Source: Lophium mytilinum | Lineage: Eukaryota | Assembly: GCA_010093605.1 (NCBI GenBank) | Contig: MU004194.1 | Location: 6,156-70,155 of the forward strand | Reading direction: 5' to 3' | Length of the DNA: 64,000 nt | Shown: piece by piece, positions 37,421-50,217 of the stretch | How positions within the stretch are numbered: position 1 is the stretch's first letter | Layout of the letters: each line of letters opens with the position of its first letter | Translations under genes and position numbers: made by a program | Notes under the pieces: generated by a model | What the model was told of the DNA's origin: nothing | What the model saw: the letters and a program-made list of their open reading frames with translations, nothing else | Database searches by the model: none

Positions 37421-37736
37421 GATCCTCAACGATGAGCTCTTTATGTATGTACTAATAAAGGTGAGCTTTGACTATGCTTGGTCCACTGCTTGATCATCGC
37501 CACATGATGCAAACCTGTCCCCATTCTGTTGATTGCAAGCTGTAGCGTCTGATATTAGGTGGAAGGCTAGCTAATATACAGGAATGGACCCAAGTTTGTT
37601 ACCGTGATTGCTTGCTGTGGTGATTGTCCTAATCCAACACATTCGACGATACCTAGGTAGCGAGCAAGCGCTTACTCCTTAGCAAGACACTTGCTCTCTC
37701 ACCTGCAACACCAGTGCTCTTCGCCCCTCGTGACTG

Positions 37737-40028
37737 CTAGTACCCCACCGTGTTTCTTCTCGCCAGAACTTCTTGGATGTCTTTGAAAGCCTCAATCCTG
37801 ACCCCGACAGCCTCAAGAACTTCTCTTTCTTCGCTCTGCGGGCCCCCAAACTGCTGCATCCACTTGTCTTTCTGGAATGGCTTCCAAGGCCACTCATCAG
37901 GCTCGCAAGTCTTCCATTTTCCATCCTCTAGCGATCCATCTGGGATCTCTAGGTGCTTGAAATACTTCCGAACCACATCCATGGTACATCGCGACGCTGT
38001 CGAGAATGTGCCGTGACCGATAGACTTCTGTTCCACGAAGCCCGCACCAGCGAACCGCCGGGCCATTTTGACGGCGCCCTTGATCGCACATACTGGGTCG
38101 TACGACGAGGACAGAAATAGAATCGGATTCGACGTATTCACTTGTTTGTCGTGAGGGATCGAGAAGAAATAATCGTCAGGGTCCCAAGGGAGAGGTGGAT
38201 CTGCTGACTGGATGTTCCAGCCATTACAGCTAACTTGCCATGTCATCCACACATCTCCCCAAGTTGTGTTAGCGGAGAGTAGTTCGAAGAGAGTCGTGAG
38301 ATTGGGGATAGTCTCGTTGAGCTATTTGATGATTAGCACGCTCTATCGTACAACGATATGGGTAGTCGGTAAGCCTACGATGTAGCGTTTGTCGCCGCAT
38401 TTGATAGCCATATTTGCCTCCCAATGGCTGTACATGTTCACTCCCTGTGCTGGAACTGAGTCATCGCAAGGGCAGAACTTGCCTAGACTGGCTTGGAACT
38501 CCGGTAAAGAGATGTAATCGTTGAATAGCTTCGAATGCTCCTCGCGATATAGGGCATCCAACACTTCCGCAGCTAGTGGAAACAAGCGGATTGGTTGGTA
38601 CAATGAGAGGAAAATGAACTGGCGTATGTGGCTATACGTTATCACCACCGGCTGGTGCGTCTGCGGATGGATTACTGCGACGCCTGTCTGCGCCTTTAGC
38701 CGGTCCATAATAGCGGAATACCGAATTCTAATATCCTCAGGTGTATCTCCAGATCGATATATCGCACAGCTGCTTTCGGAGAGGTGGCAGTAATGGAAGA
38801 AGGATCGCAGAACATTCTCTGCGTCCGTGAGAGCATCAACCCAGATCGGGGTGACGTAGTAGTCCGCGTTGACGATTGCATCCAGTACCATCCGTCCAAC
38901 GCGATCGGGATATATTGCTGCAAACGTTTCGCCAAGGAGCGAGCCATAGCTACCACCCCAGTAGGATAGTTGGCCCTTCAGATGTGAATATGGTCTTTCG
39001 AGGGGATGACTTCCTGGTGGAGATCCTTCGATCCAATCGTCCCAAGCCTCAACTATCGAGAGCATATCTCGAGAAACCACGGGAGTACTGAGGTGTCTCA
39101 AGATGCTATTCTCTCCGTAGATGTCGTCTTTTTCTTTGCAAAGACCGGACATAGCTCTCCACCTAACATCGAGAGATTCTAACGAGTTGCCGCTAGAGTT
39201 GACAAGGCCAGGGTTGCTGATATCGAATAGCATAGCATTGAAACGTCCCTGAAGAACTTCCTGCTCTGAAGGCGGCTCCGAAGCAATGAGTCTTTCTTTC
39301 GGCGACGGGAAAGAAAAGCAATCAACTTTAGGCCAGGTTTCTCCGACTCCACGGGGATCAAACCCAATAATATCTTGATCTTCGCCGAAAAGGGCTTGCA
39401 GGCTTTTGGCAGATCTGCGAGCGAAGTCGATACCAGAGCCTCCTGGACCACCAGGGTTCACCAATACGGGCGACGCGCTGAAGTGCTCGGCCGACGTATG
39501 ATTCGACCCTGGAATTAGCACCATGGCAATATGGACTTTGGGATGTCGGCGGCGAGAAATAGAGAGAGGTCGGCTGTAGTCCATTGGAACTGTCAATCGC
39601 GCGCAGAAATTTTCATCGAAGCAGCGATGCCATTCGAGCTTCTCACTCGGAATTATCTCTTGAAGTCAGCATTGTGAACGTGCATTCATAGTGCCTGATC
39701 ATAGATCTGTGTGAGGATCCTGGAAAGCCTTTGGATTGTAGTAATGTACTCCAAAGATCTGAAAGGAAAAGGTGTAATGCGCTTCTTGGAGTCTTACATT
39801 GCTGAATGCTTCCACATAGCTGTTATGGAAACCTCCTCCTAGGGGCTCAACCGAGCTCTTGGGATTGCTCCATTTCGGCCACAAACCCGGTCCGTGAGTC
39901 CAAAATAAATAGCAAAGACAAAAGAACGCAGCGACTGCTGTACGAAGCTGAAACCGATCGGCAGGACTTCGTTCTTTGCCGGTGTCGCGTCTGTCTATCT
40001 TGACGTCTTCCAACGGTAAAGAGGGCAT
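37737..40028 (-). CDS. TAP-like / peptidase S33 alpha/beta hydrolase with N-terminal membrane anchor
   Basis: NPGGPGGSG, GFDPRGV, YWGGSYG, PILFLSSSYDPV and GHG. Three exons. Confidence 0.88.
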
Positions 40029-40325
40029 ATTCGGTCAACTCCCCAGTATGTTGCGGCCATGATAGAGGCGAGGATGACGAGGGACGGTGGTGTTGAGGCG
40101 GGGGCTTACGATCTACGATCTGCACGGGGAATCCGAATACGATGTTACGGACGGCATATCGGAGCTTTTGATTATGTAAGGAGGCCTAGTTCTATCTCGC
40201 TGTTCCGCTTCGTCTTGTCTGACTGTTATCTTATTCTCCCTTCGTTGACTCTTTCATCTGCACGCGTTTCTAAGACCCTCACGCCGCGTTGCATTGCGAT
40301 ACATGAGTGCTGAAATCGCTCCAGG

Positions 40326-41138
40326 ATGCGTGTCGCGTCTCAATCGCTCGATCGCGACGTCCCGCTTCGATCGAGGTTTCTAGAGCTTCCCACAGAACTG
40401 CGTCTCCGCATCTATTTCTTCAGCTTCGTCGACCCGGATATCGGTCGTCGACCCAAGTATATCCAGCGATCAGAAGTAGCCATTCTCAGCGATGAATTTC
40501 TTCGCAATCGGCCCGGATTCTGGGGCACGGAGAAGATGACGAGGATTCTGCGAGTAAACAAGCAAATCCACGACGAAGCGCTGGAAGTGCTTTACAAGGA
40601 GTTTTCCTTTTGGCTTGGCCCATTATCAGATTTTGTTCCGACGACGTACCGGTCAAGCCGGCGACCTGTGTATACGCCCGACGACATGTTGAGTGCCAAG
40701 CCTCTGTCATTGGTCCGGCACATTGAGATCACGCTTTTTCTACGGCTTCAACAGTTCTACACATATTCGGGAGTTCCAACAGACCCTACCCAGCTCAATC
40801 CGCCAATGCCCACCCCGTCAATACCAACGATGGACCCTTTTCTTGCCATGGAACGATCCGCCCTCAAGCGAGTAATTACACGCATGCCATCCATCAAAAG
40901 CGTGACGTTATGGGTCGGTGTGCCATACATTCGCGTTCCGGACGGTGCAAAGGCTCGAATGGTATTCCATGTCGTTGAAGTCGGCAGAGTTTTGGAGGGC
41001 ATCGACAAAATAGTCATCAACTTTGATCGCCGGGTTGAGGGCTATGCAGACGCCGATACGGACGGACATAGAGTCTACGAAGAGTGCACCGAGAAGCTTT
41101 CCCAGTTCAAGTCGATTACTTCCTGCGTATGGGCTTGA
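40326..41138 (+). CDS. F-box-like (2EXR-type) protein
   Basis: FLELPTELRLRIY and ILRVNKQIHDEALEVLY. Confidence 0.7.
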   Translation: MRVASQSLDRDVPLRSRFLELPTELRLRIYFFSFVDPDIGRRPKYIQRSEVAILSDEFLRNRPGFWGTEKMTRILRVNKQIHDEALEVLYKEFSFWLGPLSDFVPTTYRSSRRPVYTPDDMLSAKPLSLVRHIEITLFLRLQQFYTYSGVPTDPTQLNPPMPTPSIPTMDPFLAMERSALKRVITRMPSIKSVTLWVGVPYIRVPDGAKARMVFHVVEVGRVLEGIDKIVINFDRRVEGYADADTDGHRVYEECTEKLSQFKSITSCVWA

Positions 41139-41766
41139 CGGCCATTTTTCCCTAAATTCGGATTGGATACCCCGGCGGCAATGAACGACATCACGTGACG
41201 ATCGATGCCATCTTAGCTAGACAATAGTTGTACGAGATGTTCCGTGTGACGAGGCTTTCAACTACTTTCTTCTTCATTATTTCTCGTTATTAGCATATCT
41301 TACCTTCTCAGTTTGATGTTCTATATGTACATTTACTCCCAGATGAACATCTTGTAACTCCCACTGACACCGTGGACCTTATCTTCAAGGAACCGAGCAA
41401 GAGATCGTTCAGTAACCAGCGTAATCATGGACCTTACCACATTTCCTTGTCACTGCTCATGCTGTTTTTCGCGAGCTATGGCATACTCGGCCCGCATCTT
41501 GGAGCGATGATTCCTAAGCTTTAATGATTTGTGGTACCGAATTCATATCCACGGTTCAGATGAGAGTTCCGTAAATTTTCCCACACTCAGAATCATACCC
41601 GCGCTCTGATCCTCGCAGTCCACACATATGATCTTCAGGCCCCGTCAGATAAAGAAACACACCCACACAACATTTCTTCTCTAAGCATACCTTGGACTAC
41701 TACTGCACGAGCCCGCGCCAAACAAGCCTACGCAGAGTTCCACACCAGTACTTTATCGCAGCCATC

Positions 41767-42591
41767 ATGAAGATTACTCTCGCTCTCGTTCTGTCTCTGG
41801 CTTTCATCCCACTGAGCTTCGCCATCCCCCTTCCAGAGTCTCACGTTTCCGAACGCACTATGGAAGAGATCACCGACAAGCTTATTTTCAACATTACGAA
41901 TGCCGACTTCCAAGTCGCACGCAAGAAGCAGAAACCCGCATATCTCGACTGGTAAGTCCAACCCCAGCGTCAGCCATAGTACTTCTACTTCATCCCCGAA
42001 ACCTGCGCACAAATACACACACACAAACCACTGTCAGAGGCACCCCACTAGCACCCGGCAATCCAAAGCGAATCCCAGAATTGAACCCGTAGAATCTAGA
42101 ATAGCTCACCAAGCGCCAACACCTCATACTGACGCTTCAACAGGACCTCCGATGGTTGCACAGGCTTCGCTTTCGACGAAAAGAAAGACGAAGGCTGGAA
42201 CCCCCTCCCGTGCTGCTACCGCCACGACTTCGCGTACCGCAACTACCGCAACCAGAGTCGCCTGACCGCCGAAAATCGCAAGTCGATCGACTACAACTTT
42301 CTCTTAGACATGAACTACTACTGTGAAAGCAAACCGGACATCCGGGGTGTGATAGACATCGGGCAAAAGAATATTACGAACTCCGCGAGGCAAGCGTGCC
42401 AGGCTATGGCGCAGGTCTTTTATCTCGGTGTGAGAGTTTTTGCAGGTGGGGATGCGGAGCAGCCGAAGCCGAAGGGACATTATGTGGCACTTCCGCATTA
42501 TGATGTGAACACGCTGCCGGCTTGGTGGGGGATGGTGGAGCATGCGAAAAGTGGTGGTGGCACGACCATACCGCGACCTCCTAAGCTGTAA
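41767..42591 (+). CDS. Secreted fungal/prokaryotic-type phospholipase A2
   Basis: Signal peptide, LDW|TSDGC across the intron at ~41952-42143, and CYRHDFAYRNY with the His-Asp dyad. Confidence 0.88.
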
Positions 42592-43192
42592 TACTGCCTC
42601 TTTGTATCCACGCGGCTTCGGTCGCTCCCTAGGCAGGCTTGAACACAAGCAGAGGGGTGGGGTTTGAATAGTAGGTGCCATCTCAAAGGATCGAAATGTG
42701 TTTTATAATTTTGCAACTGTTTGGCTAGCAGTTCGCGGAGAGTTGCTGTTTCAGGATAAGTAATAATGTATTTTAACCCCAACGAATGAAGCGCGAACAA
42801 TATTCCATATCCATGTACTCTGTAATTACGCGAATCTTCGGCTATCTCTTCTATGACGTGAATCTGACGTGCGATTATTGACTCTGCAAAAGTCGCATAG
42901 TTACTGCCACACTGTCACAGGGGTCGACAGGAGTGTGCTGCAGTCTTCGAGGGCGTTGGTGTTGAGCCTTGTCAGAAAAGATCCCGAGGTCCCCGCGGAA
43001 TCACCCATTTCCGATGCCACTAACGATGGCTAGAGATATACTAAATAGAAGCGCTGTAGGTAGTTTAAAGAGTACATATCTACGACAGACGTCTTTGGGC
43101 TCTGTTCTAATTACTCAAAATCGTAATTCTTAACTGCCTGCGACTTAACACCTCCCTACTATTTGAAACCGTAAATCCACCGGTTTAATAAG

Positions 43193-44389
43193 ATGTCGAC
43201 AGCACCTCCAGTCATCCTATTCGACTACGGTATATCAGCCGCTCATCATTCACCTAACATTCTCATTCCTTTCGCAACTATATCATTGAGAACTAACAAC
43301 AGCAAGACTTCTCGCCCTTTGGCCAAAAGATTCGGCTCCTCTTCGCCTGCGCCTCACGCTCGTACCTCCAATGCGACCAACCACCCCTACTCCCGCGCCC
43401 GACGCTCACGGCGCTCGGCATCACCTACCGGCGCATTCCCGTGCTCGCCATGGGCAAGGACGTTTATTGCGACACGAGCATCATCATAGACGCGGTGCTC
43501 GAAAAACTCGCCCCCGGCTTCCCACGCATGCGATCCGAGAAGGCGTATGAAGCGTTCGGGCGCGGGCTATTCAGCAGTGCGCTGGGGTTAGTGGGGCGGG
43601 TGCCGGACGAGGCGATGGTGCAGGATCGCAAGACTATTTTCCGTGAGTGCAGCGAGCAGCTGAGGTCTGATGATGTTTTTTGATAATAGAGGGGAGAGGG
43701 GGGGTTCTGGTTGGTTGACTGTGGTTCTGATGACTTTGACTTGTAGCTGCGCTCTGTCGCCTGGATCTGCCGACGCTGCGGCCCAGCGCGCTCGCCGAGT
43801 TTAGGGCGAATATGAGTATTGTGGAGCATGATTTCTTGAAGGCCGGGCCGTGGATTGGGGGGTTTTCGATGTCGGTGGAGGATGTGCATGTCGGGTTTGT
43901 GGTTAGGTGGATCTTGAGGACGATGCAGGTGGAGAAGGTGCCCGGGTTTGGGAAGGAGGAGTTTCCTAAGGTGCATGAGTGGTGAGTCTAGGTGCTCCTG
44001 GGAAGAGTGCTTGGTGGTTAACATGTGCATGTCGTAGGGTCGAGAAGCTCCCGCGCAGCACCCCTCAGGAGATTGGGCAAGAGGAGGCTACCAAGGCCAT
44101 TCTCGACGCTGGGTATGTGGCTGATGCGCTATCATTCGATCAAGCGGACCCCCTGGGTATTGAGAAGGGCACCGTTGTGGGCGTAGAGAGTCTCGAGTGA
44201 GTGAATGGGCGCGTATAGAGCGGTGTGTCAAGTACTCTGCTTACAGTTTGCAGTGCCGAGCCGGGTGCACATCCGCAGAATGGAAAACTGGTAGGCGTCG
44301 GCCTCAAGGAGGTAGTACTGGAGCTAGAGAACGGTATTAGACTTCATTTCCCACGGCAAGGCTATGTCGTGCGCAAGGTCGAGGGATGA
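43193..44389 (+). CDS. Glutathione S-transferase-like protein, multi-exon
   Basis: FSPFGQKIR, LGITYRRIPVLAMGKDVYCDTSII and C-terminal RLHFPRQGY. Confidence 0.85.
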
Positions 44390-45125
44390 GGCTGCTGTAA
44401 GCGCTGTACTTAGGAAGTTTTGAAGCATGACGTCTTCAGAATCGTCGATCTACCAGAGCATAAAGATCGAGAGGCAATGACTATAGGGCCAGCTATTCTA
44501 TAGAGTCATTTGAGCGTTGTAGTTCTCTATAGGCTTCGTAGCTCTATACCACTTTCGAAGTGTAACATACCCGGTTCCCTGATTTTGCTGGTTTCTAGAG
44601 CAGAAAAACTTCAAAATGCAATGACCCTAACCAACCCAGAACCTGGAAACTCTTCGAGCCTTCTACAAGGGTAATATTCTACAGTTCTAGAACCAAATAG
44701 CCCCAGGAAAGGCTGTGGCGTTCCGGAGTAGCACCGCGGGCCCCTCCGTGATAGGTACCATGTCTAGGTGCCGTCGTCTGCACCGCCTCGTAGAGCAATT
44801 CGAGATACTCAGGCCACTATTAACGGAGGTGGGCCCGGGTAATATGCAAGGGTGATCATCCCAGTTTCGGAGTTGTCGGAGTCGTCCACAGCGCCTGCGA
44901 CTGGTTGCAGATGGCATCTACGTTCGACGCTTGTAGCACCGGCACCTCGCCACCGAGACGGCTGGACGGCCACCATGCAAACCTCACATTGCGGTCGCTG
45001 TCATATCCCCTCCATTTCCAGCTGCCAACCACCATGGCCTGCGTTGGATCAGCCACCTTTCCATCACCACTCCCGCCTGGGCTGCAGCCCTCAATTGCAC
45101 CTCTCCCCACGCCACATCCGTCACC

Positions 45126-48100
45126 ATGCCCAAGCAACTCTCGGAGACGGCGAGAGAGCGAGAGTTCTACAAGTATGCTGAACGTTACGTTGCTGATGCC
45201 GAGTCTGAGTCTCACTTGTTGTCGCCCAGGTACTCGCCGCCACAGACGTCCGGGAGCTTCCCATGGATCACTGGCAGCGTCGCCGCATCCTCCCACGATA
45301 CCTCCCTCACTGCGTTTGCTCAACTAGGAGCTCTACGACTGAATGCAAAGCGATGCATCATATCCCTCTTCAACCGCACACAGCAATTCGTCATTGCCGA
45401 AGCTACACAAACCTTATCGCTTCAGAGCGACCTGGTCCACGATGCAGGAGACGCCCTCTGGCTGGGCACTACAGTTCTACCAAGGGAGTCTGGAATCTGC
45501 CAACTGGTTGTCGATATGCCCTCCAACGCTCCATGTCCAGACGATCCGCATTCTCTGGGTGTCATCGTTGTGCCAGACCTTGCGAAGGATGAGCGCTTCG
45601 CCGAACTTCCCTTCGTTGTCAACAAGCCCTTCACTCGATTCTACGCCGGCGTGCCAATCTGCAGTCCCAGAGGTGCACATATCGGATCATACTGTGTCAT
45701 GGATGACGTCCCAAGAGAGGGTATCGGGAAGGAGCATGCCCAGTTCATGAAGGATATGGCTATCACAATAATGGCACATCTCGAGTTGGCACGCTCGCGA
45801 GAAGAACACAGGAGGGGGGAGAGACTTGTGAGGGGCCTGGGAAGCTTCGTGGAAGGAAAATCAACACTCCGAAACTGGCGTGGCGGAGCGACAGTGGCGG
45901 ACCGCACTTACGAGCCTTCTCGCGTGGACTTTGGCGGTGAAGGTCAATTGAACGTGCAACAACAAGACCTACAAAAGGCTCAAGATGAGATCGTAATCAG
46001 CCTAGACCGTTCCAGTACACACCGCGGGTCTGTTTCCACCGATGTCGCAAATCACCAAAGCATATCGACACACTCGACATCAAGGAGTACGTCTGAGCCT
46101 TTACTGCCTGACCAAGCTCCGTCCCCATATCTCACGCCCGCATCGACTCCTCCTCGCAGCCCCGAGCCAACGTTGCGGGGCTCGTCTGGTCATAGTACAG
46201 CGACTGGCCGACAGCCGAGTATGGATTTGCAAGCAAGCATGCTTTCGCTCAACGTAAAGCAGACCTTTTCAAGAGCAGCCAACATCATCAGGGAGTCTAT
46301 GGAGATTGAAGGGGCGATCTTTCTTGATGCCAGCATTGGATCGTTTGGTGGTATGGTCTCCGATGCTAGTAGTGCATCGGACGAGACTTCAGATTCGCTT
46401 CCTTCCTCGTCGGGCGGAGAAAGCGACAAGACTGTAGAAGAGAAGATGAGCGGTATTCTGGGTTTCTCAACTTCTAATAAATCAAGCATCAATGGCGACT
46501 TCACCTCGAAGAACGCGTTGCCAATTCCGGAGACATTTTTGAAAGGCTTACTTCGAAGACATCCAAAGGGAAAGATCTACTACTTTGATGAGGAAGGCCG
46601 CATATCTTCATCGGACTCGTCAGGCGAAGACAGTTCAAAGCGGGTGGGTCGACGCGGGTTCGACTCTACGAACAGATCCAGCGATGGTAGTTCAGCGAAG
46701 AGAAAGAAGGCCCACAAGCGATTTTCGAAGTTCAATGAAGCAGAAACCCTAATCAAGACATTCCCGGGAGCTAGATGTATTGCTTTGATTCCTTTGTGGG
46801 ATAATCATAGGGAGCGCTGGTTTTCGGGCGGCATTGTGTGGACTAATACACCGAAACGAGTATTTACAGCCGAAGGCGAGCTCAGTTACTTGTCGGCATT
46901 CAGTTCAATCATCATGGCGGAGGTAGCTCGCTTAGATGCTTCCATGTCCGACAAAGCGAAAACAGATCTTCTGGGATCCATTTCCCACGAACTCCGCTCG
47001 CCGCTCCATGGCATATTAGGGAGCGTCGAAATGCTGGAAGACTCAGCTGTGACTGCATTTCAGGGTAATATGGTTCAAACTATAGAAACCTGTGGACGAA
47101 CACTGCTTGACACCATCGATCATGTAAGAACACAACTTCTTGTCTGCACGCGCCTGCTAACACACTACACAGCTACTCGATTTCACCAAAATCAACCACT
47201 TCATGGAGGTGTCCAAGAGACATAGGACGCATGTATCCCACAACAATACCGAATCAGCCCCGAGGTCAAAGACTGGAAGCGACATGATGGCCATGAGTGC
47301 CAGGGTGCAACTGGACGTCATCACCGAGGAGGTGGTTGCCGCTGTTTCCGCAGGTTATGACACCCAGAAACGAGCGAAGGCCAATGCCAATTCGAGTCAG
47401 CAGAAGAAAAAGCCAAAGATGCGTCACGCTGACAGCAGTGCTTCCGGGGCCCATGACGCATCATACTCCTCTGATCGATATGGCGATGCGCAGATTAACA
47501 ACGAATTGAAAGAGTATAACCTGGGTGGCGTCATTGTAATACTTGACATCGACAAAGACGTTGATTGGGCTTTCAGCACCCAGGCTGGAGCATGGAGACG
47601 AATCGTGATGAACTTGTTTGCGAACTCTCTCAAATACAGTAAGACCCTTGTGCTCCTTATTTACTGACGCCTACTTATATGATACGTAGCCGCTCGTGGG
47701 TACATCCGTGTATCTCTCAAAGCAAGGCCGCTGCCATCGAGACGCGGAGTATCGCGCTCAAAGATAACATTGATCGTCTCCGACTCAGGCAAAGGCATGT
47801 CCAAAGATTATCTTCGAGGTCGACTATTCCAGCCCTTCGCACAAGAAGACCGACTATCTCCGGGAACCGGCCTCGGTCTCAGCATTATCCGCCAAATCAT
47901 TCTTTCACAAGGTGGCAAGATTGACGTACAGAGTGTTCAAGACGAAGGCACGCAGGTTACTGTCACGTTACCTCTAGCTCAAGCTGAGCCAGAAATCAAC
48001 GGCTCCACGCAGATCGATGACACTTGTCTTACTGATGTCTATGAACAAACCAAGACATTATCGGCATGCTTAATTGGAGTCGAAATTGGCGCGGAAGCCA

Positions 48101-49377
48101 ACAAAGCCAGGAAGCCCTCGGTTCCATTTGATGCTGTGAACGATGGTCCACAAGCGTTGAAGCTGTCCCTGCAAGAGATGTGCAAAGACTGGTTCGGTCT
48201 TCGGCTGGAAACGAAGCACCAAACAGGCCACCCAAGCGACTTGTATCTTGTCGTGGAGACTCCCTTCAACACGGAGGAGCTCACATCTGGGAAGTTGGTG
48301 GCAGAGATCCCTCGGATCGATCAGGACCAGAGCGACCAGCTGCAGCCAATCGTCATCGTACTCTGCAGATCTGCAGCATCTGCATATGCTTTGTCGTCGC
48401 GTTCTCAGCATATTGATTCGAAGGGTCGTGTTGTAGAATACCTTTCTCAGCCGTAAGTCTATTTTTTACGAACTTTATCATCTTGAACGCCCCTGAAGCT
48501 AGTTGTAGTATTGACACGCCTTACTAATATGCTCTTATAGCTGTGGCCCTCGGAAGCTCGCGAAAGCATTGCATCTCTGTTTCGAACGTCGCACATCCGA
48601 TAAAAAGTCTGTAATATCATCTCCAACTTGCACCACGCTACTTGGAGCGCCTCCGCTCGAGGATGATGTCATCAACCAGTTCGGCTTTCCGTCTGTTTCC
48701 TCTATTGCCACAGATGCCACTGGATACTATGATACAGACAGCCCTGTGTCCCCTGGGGCGGTGCCAGTATCCCTTGCGGTACTACACCCGCACCTCCTGT
48801 CCCCGCTCGATCCGAGCACATCTGATGGACCTATCGCATCGATTCCGCAGAATCTGGAAGACAAGGCGGACAAAGTGCCAGGGCCCTTCATGATTGTCGA
48901 TGATAATCATATCAACGTAAAGGTACGACCTATTAGCAGACCCAAAACTTTCAATCGATAGTAATTTAACACTTTCAGATCCTCGCGGCGTTCATGAAGA
49001 AATCCAAGTATTTGTATCGAGTCGCGGAAGACGGAGCTATAGCATTCGACCTTTTCAAAGCCAATCCGGAGGCCTGCAGAATCATATTCATGGGTACGTT
49101 GACAGTATTTGTGCAGTCATGTAATGCAACGTGTTTCTATACTAACAATAAGTGTACAGATATTTCAATGCCTGTCATGGACGGCCTGACGAGCACACGG
49201 CTCATCCGTGCGTACGAACGCATGAACAAACTCAATCCTGCGACGATCATCCTTCTCACTGGTCTTGCGAGTGCGAGTGTGCAGCAAGAAGCCAACGCCA
49301 GTGGCGCAGACTTGTTCCTGACGAAGCCGGTTCGTCTCAAGGATCTAGGAAAGATTCTTCTGGAGATGGGAAAGTGA
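45126..49377 (+). CDS. Hybrid sensor histidine kinase (GAF-HisKA-HATPase-receiver)
   Basis: GAF motif RFYAGVPI, H-box ISHELRSPLHG, N-box NLFANSLKY, DSGKGM, GTGLGLSI, and receiver motifs VDDN, FMDISMPVMDG and FLTKP. Confidence 0.93.
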
Positions 49378-50217
49378 TGCGGGTTTTGCGGCGATACGAG
49401 TTGGCATTTGAGGCGTACTTTTGGTGCATTACGGCGCTTGTATGGAAAGCATATCGGGCTCCGGAACGTATACCCTGTTTTCCCGGAAAACTGTCTAAGG
49501 CGTTCGGAGCGGTTAGATGATGAAAGGCATGAATCAACGAGTATTATTGATAGGGCTGGTAGGCTCATCAAGGGAATCGGCTTCCCTTTCCAATTTCATG
49601 GCACCCCTCTACTTGTGCACGTTCACTACTGATTCTCCACTTTCACTCACAGAAGCGCTGTTGACATTTCTGTTAGATATACTGACTTCACGAGATGTGA
49701 AAATCAAGACCTTATCGTCTATTCGCACTGATGCTAAAATCTAATCCCTAAATCGTGGGCAGTGATCCATCCGTTATTCAATCAGTCTTTCGGCTGGCCG
49801 GCCAATACGCACATATCTGAACACCGCTCCATTCAATCCAAGGGTTTCTTAAGATCCGATTACAGTTTCACGTCCTATCAGAGTGACATTACTAGCCGTA
49901 ACTCTACCCTTCCCAGCAGATGACGCTTGACTTACGCAAAGATGATTCAGTTCTCATCAATCTACTCAATAAATCCTCATCATCTCGCACCTGCATCGGT
50001 GCAATCAATGCCCTTATTCAAGCTCCATGAGCGGTGTTACGTTTGCTGTTCACGCTGCTAGGTGCTTAAGAGTTTCCAAGCTTACTCGCTTCAACTGTTC
50101 GCCATTCAGTTGCTGAACTCCTCGTTCCCGCCGCTATCACCCTTATGTTCCTGGGCTTTCACTGGGCCTCGGAACTGGCCCTGAGTCCCATCCGAATGGT
50201 CTGGTTCTCGAAGTTTG